Assembly: GCA_937927945.1 (NCBI GenBank)
Contig: CALEYW010000092.1
Span: 25,469 to 89,468 of the forward strand
Reading direction: 5' to 3'
DNA from: an uncultured candidate division WPS-2 bacterium
Lineage (GTDB): Bacteria > Vulcanimicrobiota > Vulcanimicrobiia > Vulcanimicrobiales > Vulcanimicrobiaceae
DNA: 64,000 nucleotides
The notes beneath the pieces were generated by a model that ran no database searches, was not told the DNA's origin, and saw only the letters and a program-made list of their open reading frames with translations. Shown piece after piece: positions 9,007-17,293 of this stretch. Within the stretch, counting starts at the first letter, position 1, and each line of letters opens with the position of its first letter. A program made the translations under genes and the position numbers.

Positions 9007-9552
9007 ATGTTTCATCGTCTTTCGAAATTCATCACCGCCTGCGGCATGGCGGCTGCGCTCGCAGTCGGAGCGCTGCCGAAGCCCGCAGCGGCAAGCACGC
9101 AGTCGACGCTCACCACCGCGATCGGCGCGGCGGCGCTCATCGGCGGACTCATTCTCTACAACAACTACCAGCACAAACGGCAAGCGGCGAACGCCATCGT
9201 CGGCTATACCCGCAACGGCGGTACCGTGTACGGCGACGGCCGGATCGCGATGCCGAACGGACAGACGATCTATCCGAACAGCAACGGCACGTATCCGTGG
9301 GGACAGACCGCCTACTACAACCCGAACGCGAACGGCTACGCGTACGATACGCAGCGCACGGGGCAATACGACGTGACACACCGCCACGGTAACGGCCACG
9401 CCTACGGGTACGGACACGGCAACGGCAACGCGTACGGCCACGATAACGGAAACGATATGCGCGGCAACGGCGATCACGGCAACAACGATCGCGCAAGAGG
9501 CGATCACGGCCACCATCAGAACCCGCCCGACGACAACCAGCATCCGCACTAG
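9007..9552 (+). CDS. Exported or membrane-anchored His/Gly/Asn/Tyr-rich low-complexity protein
   Basis: An N-terminal signal-like segment ('ACGMAAALAVGALPKPAAA') is followed by a second hydrophobic segment. The C-terminal tail is 'HRHGNGHAYGYGHGNGNAYGHDNGND...GDHGHHQNPPDDNQHPH'. GGAAGGA lies upstream of the ATG. I recognise no family. Confidence 0.55.
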   Translation: MFHRLSKFITACGMAAALAVGALPKPAAASTQSTLTTAIGAAALIGGLILYNNYQHKRQAANAIVGYTRNGGTVYGDGRIAMPNGQTIYPNSNGTYPWGQTAYYNPNANGYAYDTQRTGQYDVTHRHGNGHAYGYGHGNGNAYGHDNGNDMRGNGDHGNNDRARGDHGHHQNPPDDNQHPH

Positions 9553-9564
9553 ACGCCCACGAAC

Positions 9565-9605
9565 GAACGAGGGCCGCGACGCTGGATGCGTCGCGGCCCT
9601 CGTTC
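9565..9605. terminator. Bidirectional hairpin terminator between convergent genes
   Basis: A perfect 18-bp stem (GAACGAGGGCCGCGACGC / GCGTCGCGGCCCTCGTTC) with a 5-nt loop lies between the stops at 9552 and 9637. Confidence 0.6.
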
Positions 9606-9636
9606 TGCCACCAACAGGCCGGAATGGCCGCGTGTG

Positions 9637-11193
9637 CTAGGCTTTGATCGCGACCGCCAGCACCTCGGGCGATGCATGCGAGGCGAACTTCTTGAAGTTC
9701 TCGGCGAACAGTCCGGCGAGCTTCTTGGCCTGCGCGTCGTAGGCCGCTTTGTCCGCCCAGGCATTGCGCGGTTTGAGCACGTCGCTCGGGACGTCGGGAA
9801 TGCCGGCCGGGATGGCGAGGCCGAAGAACGGCTCGGTCTCGTACGCGACGTCCTCCAAGCGCCCTTCGATCGCGGCGTTGACCATCGCCCGCGTGTATGC
9901 GATCTTCATGCGCTTGCCGACGCCGGGTCCGCCGCCGGTCCAGCCGGTGTTGACGAGCCAGCAGCTCGCCTCGTGCTTGGCGATCCGCTCGCCGAGCAGC
10001 TTCGCGTACACGGTCGGATGATGCACCATGAACGGCGCGCCGAAGCAGGTCGAGAACGTCGCGGTCGGTTCGGTCACACCGCGTTCCGTGCCGGCAACCT
10101 TCGCCGTGTAGCCCGAAAGAAAGTGGTACATCGCCTGTTCGGGCGAGAGCTTGGCGATCGGCGGCAGGACGCCGAACGCATCGGCGGTCAGCATCACGAT
10201 CGTCTTGGGGTGCGACTGCACCATCCCGCTCTTGATGAAGTTCGGCAGGAAGTCGACCGGATAGGCCGAGCGCGTGTTCTCTGTTTTCGCCGCGGAATCG
10301 AGGTCGAGCTTGCGCGTCTGCGGATCGTAGACGACGTTTTCCAGCACGGTGCCGAAGTGGTGCGAAGCCGCCCAGATCTCCGGCTCGGCCTCCTGCGAGA
10401 GCTTGATCAGCTTCGCGTAGCACCCGCCTTCGAAATTGAACACGCCGTCGGCCGACCAGCCGTGCTCGTCGTCGCCGATCAGCGGCCGGTGCGGATCGGA
10501 CGAGAGCGTCGTCTTGCCGGTCCCCGAGAGGCCGAAGAAGATCGCGACGTCGTTGTCCTTGCCGGCGTTCGCCGAGCAATGCATCGAGAGCACGTTGCGC
10601 AGCGGCATCAAGTAGTTCATCACGGTGAAGACGGACTTCTTGATCTCGCCCGCGTAGCGCGTGCCGCCGATCAGGATCAGCTTGCGGGCGAAGTTCACCA
10701 GGACGAAGGTCGACGAGCGGACGCCGTCGCGCTGCGGGTCGGCGTCGAACTGAGCCGCGTCGATCACGGTGAATTCCGGCACAAACGTTTCCGCCGCGTC
10801 ATCGGCGTCGTCGATGAACAGGTCGCGCGCGAAGAGACTGTGCCAGGCGTACTCGGTGACGATGCGCACCGGCAGGCGATAGCGCGGGTCGGCGCCGACG
10901 TGGCAGTCGAGCGAGAAGATGTCCTTGCCGGCGAGATACTCGCCGACGCGCGCGAGCAGCCCGTCGGACACCTTTGCGTCGATCGACTGGTTCGCGCTCC
11001 AATCGATATGCGTCTCGCTGCCGGGTTCGCGCACGAAGAACTTGTCCTTCGGTGAGCGCCCGGTGTGCTTTCCGGTTTCGACGATCAGCTGGCCGTCAGC
11101 GCCGAGGATGCCTTCGCCGCGCCCCAGCGCATGCTCGTACAGCTGAGCGACGCTCTGGTTGCGGTACACGGTCCCGACGCCGGACAGTCCCAA
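9637..11193 (-). CDS. pckA: Phosphoenolpyruvate carboxykinase (ATP)
   Basis: Motifs seen: 'GKHTGRSPKDKFFVREP', 'FFGLSGTGKTTLS' (kinase-1a) and 'IGDDEHGW'. The long upstream part of the 707-aa ORF is Arg/Gly junk. The start is uncertain: TTG at 11193, CTG at 11202, or ATT at 11244 behind a GAGGAG (see findings). Confidence 0.9.
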   Translation of the reverse strand: MGLSGVGTVYRNQSVAQLYEHALGRGEGILGADGQLIVETGKHTGRSPKDKFFVREPGSETHIDWSANQSIDAKVSDGLLARVGEYLAGKDIFSLDCHVGADPRYRLPVRIVTEYAWHSLFARDLFIDDADDAAETFVPEFTVIDAAQFDADPQRDGVRSSTFVLVNFARKLILIGGTRYAGEIKKSVFTVMNYLMPLRNVLSMHCSANAGKDNDVAIFFGLSGTGKTTLSSDPHRPLIGDDEHGWSADGVFNFEGGCYAKLIKLSQEAEPEIWAASHHFGTVLENVVYDPQTRKLDLDSAAKTENTRSAYPVDFLPNFIKSGMVQSHPKTIVMLTADAFGVLPPIAKLSPEQAMYHFLSGYTAKVAGTERGVTEPTATFSTCFGAPFMVHHPTVYAKLLGERIAKHEASCWLVNTGWTGGGPGVGKRMKIAYTRAMVNAAIEGRLEDVAYETEPFFGLAIPAGIPDVPSDVLKPRNAWADKAAYDAQAKKLAGLFAENFKKFASHASPEVLAVAIKA

Positions 11194-11337
11194 GCTGGAC
11201 AGATGTTCGTCGAAGGACTGCGAAGGATACGGTAGCGTGAGAATTGACCTACTCCTCGGTAGCGGCCCGGGGGAAAAAAGCGAATTTCGCCCGGCGAGCA
11301 GCGCTCGCCTCGTTCGCACGCGCCGTCCGGAGCAAAC

Positions 11338-12594
11338 GTGAGCGGATCCACCTCGGAATTGTTCACCGTCGTTCCGCCCGGCCAGGCGTTCGCCGCCCTT
11401 GCGCGGGGTTGTTCCCCGATCGAGAGGACCGAAATCGTCCCGCTGGGCGAAGCCCTCGGCCGGGTCAACGCCTCGGACGTCTTCGCGGCGGAGACGCTCC
11501 CGGCGTTCGCCCGCTCGACGATGGACGGCTACGCCGTGCGCTCGGCCGACACGCACGGCGCCTCCGAGCAGTCTCCCGCCTACCTCCAACTGACCGGCGA
11601 CATCCCGACCGGCACCGTCCCCGCCGTGACGGTCGTGCCGCGCACCGCCGTCCGCATCCACACCGGCGCCATGCTTCCCCAAGGCGCCGATGCCGTCGTC
11701 ATGGTGGAGGACACCAACCTGCATGGCCCCGAGGTCGAAGTGCTGGCCGCGGCGGCGCACGGCGAGAACGTCCTCACGATCGGTGAGGATGTGGTCCGCG
11801 GCGCACTGGCGATTCCGGCCGGCCGGCGGCTGCGCCCGGCGGACCTGGGCGGCCTCGCCGCGCTCGGCATCACCGCGGTCGCGGTCCGCGCCCGGCCGCG
11901 GATCGCGATTCTCTCGACCGGCGACGAGGTCGTCCCGGTCGCCGCCGCGCCGGCGCCGGCGCAGGTGCGCGACGTGAACGCGACGACCGTCGCCGCGACG
12001 GTGGAGCGCGCCGGCGGGATCGCCGTGCAGTGCGGGATCGCGCCGGACGATGAGCGCGCGCTGCTCGCCGCGGCGCGCGCCGGGCTCGAGGGAGCCGATG
12101 CGCTCGTCCTCTCGGCCGGATCGTCGGTCTCCGTGCGCGATCTCACCGGTCGGATCGTGGAGGCGCTCGGCCCGCCTGGAATCTTAGCGCACGGTATCGC
12201 GATCAAGCCGGGAAAGCCGACGGTCATCGCGGTGTGCCGCGCGAAGCCCGTCGTCGGCTTGCCGGGAAATCCCGCCAGCGCTCTGGTCGTCGCCTGGCGC
12301 ATCGTACGCCCGCTGGTGCGGCACCTTGGCGGAGAGGCCGTCGACGACGACGCGTTCGGCGACGAACGCGAAGTCGACGCGCTGCTCGACCTCTCCGTGC
12401 CGTCACGGCCCGGACGCGAAGACTACGTGCCGTGCACGCTCGAACGCGACGCCGCCGGTGCGCTGCGCGCGACGCCGGTCTTCGGCGCGTCGAACTTGAT
12501 CTTCACGCTCGTGCGGGCCGACGCGCTGATCGCCGTCCCGCTCGATCGCAGCGGTCTGGCGGCCGGCGAACGGGTGCGGGTGATCGTGCCGTGA
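11338..12594 (+). CDS. moeA: Molybdopterin molybdenum/tungsten transferase MoeA
   Basis: 'PAFARSTMDGYAVRS' (MoeA_N) and 'ILSTGDEVV...LVLSAGSSVSVRD', 'HGIAIKPGKPT' (MoCF_biosynth and MoeA_C). The start is GTG. Confidence 0.85.
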   Translation: MSGSTSELFTVVPPGQAFAALARGCSPIERTEIVPLGEALGRVNASDVFAAETLPAFARSTMDGYAVRSADTHGASEQSPAYLQLTGDIPTGTVPAVTVVPRTAVRIHTGAMLPQGADAVVMVEDTNLHGPEVEVLAAAAHGENVLTIGEDVVRGALAIPAGRRLRPADLGGLAALGITAVAVRARPRIAILSTGDEVVPVAAAPAPAQVRDVNATTVAATVERAGGIAVQCGIAPDDERALLAAARAGLEGADALVLSAGSSVSVRDLTGRIVEALGPPGILAHGIAIKPGKPTVIAVCRAKPVVGLPGNPASALVVAWRIVRPLVRHLGGEAVDDDAFGDEREVDALLDLSVPSRPGREDYVPCTLERDAAGALRATPVFGASNLIFTLVRADALIAVPLDRSGLAAGERVRVIVP

Positions 12595-14558
12595 CGACGC
12601 CCGAAGCAACATCCGCCCGCAACGTTTTCCTGCACGACGTCCCGCTCGACGACGCGCGCGCACGCTTCGACGCGGCGCTGCTCGCGGGCGGCGTCGATGC
12701 GCGCGGCGGCGCGACCGAGACGCTGGCGCTCGCCGATGCGCTCGAGCGGGTGACGGCGCGGGCCGTGATCGCGCGCTTGTCGTCGCCGCACTATCACGCG
12801 TGCGCGATGGACGGAATCGCCGTTCTGGCCGCCGGCACGGCCGGCGCGCTGGAAACCGCGCCGCTCGAACTTGCCGCGGCCGAAGCGATCGTCGTCGACA
12901 CCGGCGACCCGCTGCCCGACGGGTTCGACGCGGTGATCCCGATCGAGCTGATCGAACCGCGCGCCGGCGGTGCGGTCGCGATCCGCGCGTCGGTCGCCCC
13001 CTTCGAACACGTGCGTGCGATCGGCGAAGACGTCGTCGCGGGCGACGTCGTCGTGCCGGCGTTCCGCCGGCTGCGAGCGGCCGATCTGGCGGCGTGCGCG
13101 GCCGCCGGCATCGCGCAGGTCGACGTCGTGCGCCGGCCGCGGGTCGCGATCCTCACCACGGGCGACGAGCTGGTCGACGTGACCGTCGACGCGCCGCCGC
13201 CCGGCGCGATCCTCGATTCCAACGCCGTGCTGCTCGCGGCGTGCGTGCGCGAATACGGCGGCACCCTCACCTTGACGATGCGCGTCCCGGACGTCGAGGA
13301 CGTCCTCGTCGCGGCCGTGGCGCGCGCCATCGCCGCGAGCGACGTCGTCATCGTGAACGCCGGCTCGTCGGCCGGTCGCGACGATCACACCTCGCGCGCC
13401 TTCAGCCGGTTCGGCGACGTGGTCGTGCACGGCGTCGCAATTCGACCGGGCCATCCGCTCGTGCTCGCCGTCGCGCGCGAAGCGCGCGTGCCGCTGCTCG
13501 GTATCCCCGGCTATCCCGTCAGCGCAGCGATCTGCGCGGACTTGTTTTTGCGGCCGCTGCTCGAACGGCTCGGCCATCGTGAGCCGGCGGACGTTCAAGA
13601 GATCGAGGTCGAACTCGCGCGCAAGCTGTTCTCGCCGCTCGGTGAAGACGAATTCGTACGAGCGGTCGCGGCGCGCGTCGACGGACGGCTCGTCGCCACG
13701 CCGCTGCGCCGCGGCGCCGGCGTGATCACCTCGCTCTCGCGCGCCAACGTGCTGATCACCGTGCCGCGCTTCAGCGAAGGCGCCGCAGCCGGTGCGCGCG
13801 TGCGCGCGCGTGCGCTGCGCCCGCTCGGCGCGATCGAGCGAACGCTGCTCGCCATCGGCAGTCACGACGTCGCGCTCGATCTGCTGGCGGGACGGCTGGC
13901 CGCGCTCGGGATCGAGCTGGTGTCGGCGCACGTCGGCAGCATCGCCGGCCTCGTCGCGCTGCGCGACGGCGCCGCGCATCTGGCTGGAACGCACGTCCTC
14001 GATCCGCCGAGCGGAACGTACAACGACGTCGCCGTGCGCCGCTACGGGCCTGGGGTCCCCGTCGCGCTCGTGCGCTTGGCCGAACGCGAACAAGGGATCG
14101 TCGTCGCGCCGGGCAATCCGCTCGCGATCCGAACGCTCGCCGACGTTGCCGCGCGCGGCGCCCGCTACGTGAACCGCCAGCGCGACGCCGGCACCCGCAT
14201 CCTGCTCGACGCGCTGCTCGCGCGGGAAGGCGTCGCCGCGCAATCGCTCGCCGGCTACGATCGCATCGAGTTCTCGCATCTCGCGGTCGCGCAGCTAGTT
14301 GCCAACGGCAGCGCCGATGCGGGCTTGGCGATTCGCGCCGCGGCGCAAGCGTTCGGTCTGGGGTTCGTTTCCGTCGCGTTCGAGCCGTACGACCTGGCGC
14401 TTCCGGCGGCGTCGCTCGACGAGCCGCGCATCGCGGCGCTGCTCGGGATCCTGCGCGATCCGGCCTTCGGCGCCGACGTCGAACGCTTGGGCGGCTACGA
14501 CACGACGGCGGCCGGATCCGTGCGCATCGTCGAGCCGCAACCGCCGGGTGCGTCGTGA
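12591..14558 (+). CDS. MoeA-like molybdopterin biosynthesis protein fused to a C-terminal periplasmic-binding-protein-like (molybdate/tungstate-binding type) domain
   Basis: The MoeA core is present ('SSPHYHACAMDGIAV', 'ILTTGDELV', 'VIVNAGSSAGRDD', 'HGVAIRPGHPL'). It is followed by ~250 aa of PBP-like sequence ('LLAIGSHDVALDLL...VNRQRDAGTRILLD'). GTG at 12591 overlaps the moeA stop (GTGA). The upstream 119 codons of the ORF are out-of-context overlap. Confidence 0.8.
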   Translation: MTTPEATSARNVFLHDVPLDDARARFDAALLAGGVDARGGATETLALADALERVTARAVIARLSSPHYHACAMDGIAVLAAGTAGALETAPLELAAAEAIVVDTGDPLPDGFDAVIPIELIEPRAGGAVAIRASVAPFEHVRAIGEDVVAGDVVVPAFRRLRAADLAACAAAGIAQVDVVRRPRVAILTTGDELVDVTVDAPPPGAILDSNAVLLAACVREYGGTLTLTMRVPDVEDVLVAAVARAIAASDVVIVNAGSSAGRDDHTSRAFSRFGDVVVHGVAIRPGHPLVLAVAREARVPLLGIPGYPVSAAICADLFLRPLLERLGHREPADVQEIEVELARKLFSPLGEDEFVRAVAARVDGRLVATPLRRGAGVITSLSRANVLITVPRFSEGAAAGARVRARALRPLGAIERTLLAIGSHDVALDLLAGRLAALGIELVSAHVGSIAGLVALRDGAAHLAGTHVLDPPSGTYNDVAVRRYGPGVPVALVRLAEREQGIVVAPGNPLAIRTLADVAARGARYVNRQRDAGTRILLDALLAREGVAAQSLAGYDRIEFSHLAVAQLVANGSADAGLAIRAAAQAFGLGFVSVAFEPYDLALPAASLDEPRIAALLGILRDPAFGADVERLGGYDTTAAGSVRIVEPQPPGAS

Positions 14559-14824
14559 CGGTCGAACTGTTCGGAATGTCACGCGCGCTGGCGGGACGGC
14601 CGACCGTTACGCTTGCCGTCGAAGGGACCGTCGACTACGCGGGATTCGTGCGCGCGTTGGCGGACGCGGTCCCCGCCCTGGTTCCGGATGTGATCGTGCC
14701 GGCGCGCGATGCGCTGGTCGAGCCGAACCTGCTGCTGCTCGACGGGCGGCGCGCGCCGCGCGGCGGCGAGCGCTTCGGCGCCGACGACCTTCCGTGCGTG
14801 CTCTTCCTGGCGAGCGGCGGATGA
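14555..14824 (+). CDS. moaD: MoaD/ThiS-family ubiquitin-like sulfur-carrier protein
   Basis: The protein is 89 aa with beta-grasp-like length and ends in Gly-Gly ('...FLASGG*'). The GTGA overlap upstream and ATGA overlap downstream indicate translational coupling. Confidence 0.7.
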   Translation: MTVELFGMSRALAGRPTVTLAVEGTVDYAGFVRALADAVPALVPDVIVPARDALVEPNLLLLDGRRAPRGGERFGADDLPCVLFLASGG

Positions 14825-16617
14825 CATACGCCGGCCCGCGCGATCTGCTCGAGATCGACTTGAGCGAGCGCACGGCGCGGCGCGCCGCGCTCGACGACGC
14901 GGTGTTCGCCGACGCGCTCGGTGGCGTCGGCTTGGCGGTTCGCCTCATCGACGAGCGCGTGCACGGACCGCTCGACCCGCTCGGCGCGCTCAACCCGATC
15001 GTCTTCGCCGCGGGACCGTTCGCGTCGACGCCGGTGCCGGCGGCCAACAAGCACGCGCTGGCGACGATCTCGCCGCTGACCGGCTTGCTGAACGAAGGCC
15101 TCTCGTCCAGCCACTTCTCCGCCGTCTTGCGGCGCTGCGGTCTCGCCGCGATCGTGGTGACCGGTATCGCGGACGATTGGACCACCGTCGTCATCGAAAG
15201 CGGAACCGTGCGCTTCGAAGACGCCGCGCCGCTGGTCGGGCGTTCGGCCCGCGAGACGACGCGCGCGCTGCGCGAGAGCTATGGCGATCGCTCGGTGCGC
15301 GTGTGCGCGATCGGCGTCGCCGGCGAACGCGGCGTGCGCTACGCGGCGGTGGAGAACGACGGCCGCCAGGCGGGACGCGGCGGCACGGGCGCCGTGTTCG
15401 GAGCGAAGCGGCTCAAAGCCGTCGTGCTGCGCGGCCGCGGCGAGGTGCGCATCGCGGATCCAGAACGCACCGCGACGATCTCGGCGGCGCTGCGCGAACG
15501 CGCCGTCGGGCCGAAAACCGCGAAATATCGGGTGCTCGGGACCGGCGCGAACCTGCGCGTGCTGCAGCGCATGGGACAGCTGCCGACCCGCAACTTCACC
15601 GCTGCGACGTTCGAGGGGGCGGAGCGCGTCACGCCGGAGCGCGCCCGCGAATCGCGCGGCTCGTACCTCGAGCTGCGGGCCGGCTGCGCGGGCTGCCCCG
15701 TGCAGTGTGAGCACCTGTACGTGCGCAAAGACCGTGACCGCCGCTCCGCCGCGGCGAGCGAGTACGAATCGGTGTGGGCCTTCGGGCCGAACTGCGGCGT
15801 CGACGATCTCGATGCGGTGCTCGACGCGATTGGTCTCTGCGACGAGCTCGGACTCGACACGATCTCCGCCGGCTCCGCGATCGCGTTCGCGATGGAGTGC
15901 GCCGAACACGGGTTGATCGCGCACGATGCGTTCGGCCCGGAACTGCGCTTCGGCAACGGTGCCGTGCTCGTCCCGGCGATCGAAGCGATCGCGCAGCGCC
16001 GCGGGCTCGGCGACGTGCTCGCCGACGGCGTCCGCGCCGCGTCGGAACGGATCGGCGGCGGCGCCGAGCGCTTCGCGATGCACGCCAAAGGCTTGGAACT
16101 GCCGGGCTACGAACCGCGCACGCTGCCGACGTATGCGCTCGGGCTCTCCACGTGCACGCGCGGCGCTTGCCACAATCGCGCGGCGACCTACGATCGCGAC
16201 CTGCGCAACCCGAGCGAGGAGCGTGCTGATGCGGAACGCGCGCGTGACGCGATCGAAGCCGAGGATCGCGCCGTTGCGTGGGACAGCCTCGTGCTGTGCA
16301 AGTTCGTGCGCGACTGCTTCGAGGATTTCGAAACCGAAGCGTCCGCGCTGTGGAGTGCCGTGAGCGGCGTTCCGCTCGACGCGCGCGGTCTGCGCGAGGC
16401 CGCGCAGCGCACGTGGGAACGCAAGCGCGCGATCAACGCGCGGCTCGGCTGGACGCCGGCCGACGACATCTTACCCGAGCGATTCTTCGCCGAGCCGATC
16501 CCGGCCGGCTCGAACGCCGGCCGGCGGATCGATCCGGAGCGACTGGCCGAACTGCGGGCGACCTACGAGGCGCTGCGCCGGCAAGCGGGGGCCGCCGTCC
16601 CTGTCGGCCAAGCCTAG
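14821..16617 (+). CDS. aor: Aldehyde:ferredoxin oxidoreductase family tungsto/molybdo-pterin enzyme
   Basis: The AFOR_N signature is present ('LGGVGLAVRLI...NPIVFAAGPF', 'GRGGTGAVFGAKRLKAVVLRG'), with a 4Fe-4S Cys motif region ('CAGCPVQC') and an AFOR_C-like C-terminal half. ATG at 14821 overlaps the moaD stop. Confidence 0.85.
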   Translation: MTYAGPRDLLEIDLSERTARRAALDDAVFADALGGVGLAVRLIDERVHGPLDPLGALNPIVFAAGPFASTPVPAANKHALATISPLTGLLNEGLSSSHFSAVLRRCGLAAIVVTGIADDWTTVVIESGTVRFEDAAPLVGRSARETTRALRESYGDRSVRVCAIGVAGERGVRYAAVENDGRQAGRGGTGAVFGAKRLKAVVLRGRGEVRIADPERTATISAALRERAVGPKTAKYRVLGTGANLRVLQRMGQLPTRNFTAATFEGAERVTPERARESRGSYLELRAGCAGCPVQCEHLYVRKDRDRRSAAASEYESVWAFGPNCGVDDLDAVLDAIGLCDELGLDTISAGSAIAFAMECAEHGLIAHDAFGPELRFGNGAVLVPAIEAIAQRRGLGDVLADGVRAASERIGGGAERFAMHAKGLELPGYEPRTLPTYALGLSTCTRGACHNRAATYDRDLRNPSEERADAERARDAIEAEDRAVAWDSLVLCKFVRDCFEDFETEASALWSAVSGVPLDARGLREAAQRTWERKRAINARLGWTPADDILPERFFAEPIPAGSNAGRRIDPERLAELRATYEALRRQAGAAVPVGQA

Positions 16618-16620
16618 GGA

Positions 16621-17280
16621 GTGCCCGGGAGCTCGCCGCGTCCGCCCCACTCTGGTGTCGCGCCCAACCGGCGCGTCTATCCGCGCCGGCGCGTGACTTT
16701 TCCGGCGACCTACACGGTCGACGGCCGAACGGCGCAGCCCGCCTACGGCCTCGATTTCGGCGGCGGCGGCCTGCAGCTGCTCACCCGGGAACCACTCACG
16801 GCCGGGCGCGGAGCGGTCGAAGTCACCGTTATCCTCAGCGGGCGCCGCGTGCGCATTGCGGCGATGCGGGCGTGGACCGATTCGATCGACTCGCCGCAGG
16901 GCCGGCGCTTTCGTCACGGCCTGCGGCTCAAAACGATGGCCGACGGCGACTGGGACTACCTGATGCGCCTTTCGGTCGAAGGCGATGCGAACATCTCGCC
17001 GGGCCGGGTGCTGACCCCGGGGCTGCGCGACAGCCTGCTCTCGGTGGAGAAGCAGCACCGCATCGCCGAAGCACTGGCGGAAGAAGGCCGACTCACCTAC
17101 CACCGCGGCCGCAAGCTGCCGCTGATCGAATACGCTTTTGAGGGCTACACCATGCGCCTTGGCACGCGCTACTACGTGCTCAACGTGCGCAGCAAAGTGG
17201 TCGACGGCTCCGACGTGCACGAATATCGCACCCGCGTCCTCGCTGCGATCGAAACCGAGGGTGTGCGCATCATCGAGTGA
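16621..17280 (+). CDS. PilZ domain protein with an unassigned C-terminal half
   Basis: 'RRVYPRRR' (RxxxR) and 'GLDFGGGGL' (DxSxxG-like) are spaced as in PilZ c-di-GMP receptors. The GTG start lies 4 nt after the aor stop. I do not recognise the C-terminal ~100 aa. Confidence 0.6.
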   Translation: MPGSSPRPPHSGVAPNRRVYPRRRVTFPATYTVDGRTAQPAYGLDFGGGGLQLLTREPLTAGRGAVEVTVILSGRRVRIAAMRAWTDSIDSPQGRRFRHGLRLKTMADGDWDYLMRLSVEGDANISPGRVLTPGLRDSLLSVEKQHRIAEALAEEGRLTYHRGRKLPLIEYAFEGYTMRLGTRYYVLNVRSKVVDGSDVHEYRTRVLAAIETEGVRIIE

Positions 17281-17293
17281 GAACGTCGCGCGA

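Noticed and set aside
11194-11337. Possible Moco (molybdenum cofactor) riboswitch upstream of moeA
   Set aside because: I could not recognise the conserved Moco-motif core or a convincing multi-stem fold by eye. The spacer is also the divergent pckA promoter region. A covariance-model scan (Rfam RF01055) would be decisive.
12234-12590. N-terminal extensions of the second moeA ORF (12234-12590) and of the aor ORF (14299-14820)
   Set aside because: The extensions overlap the preceding genes in another frame and read as Arg-rich junk. Internal GTG/ATG starts that overlap the upstream stop codons give proteins of normal length beginning at conserved residues.
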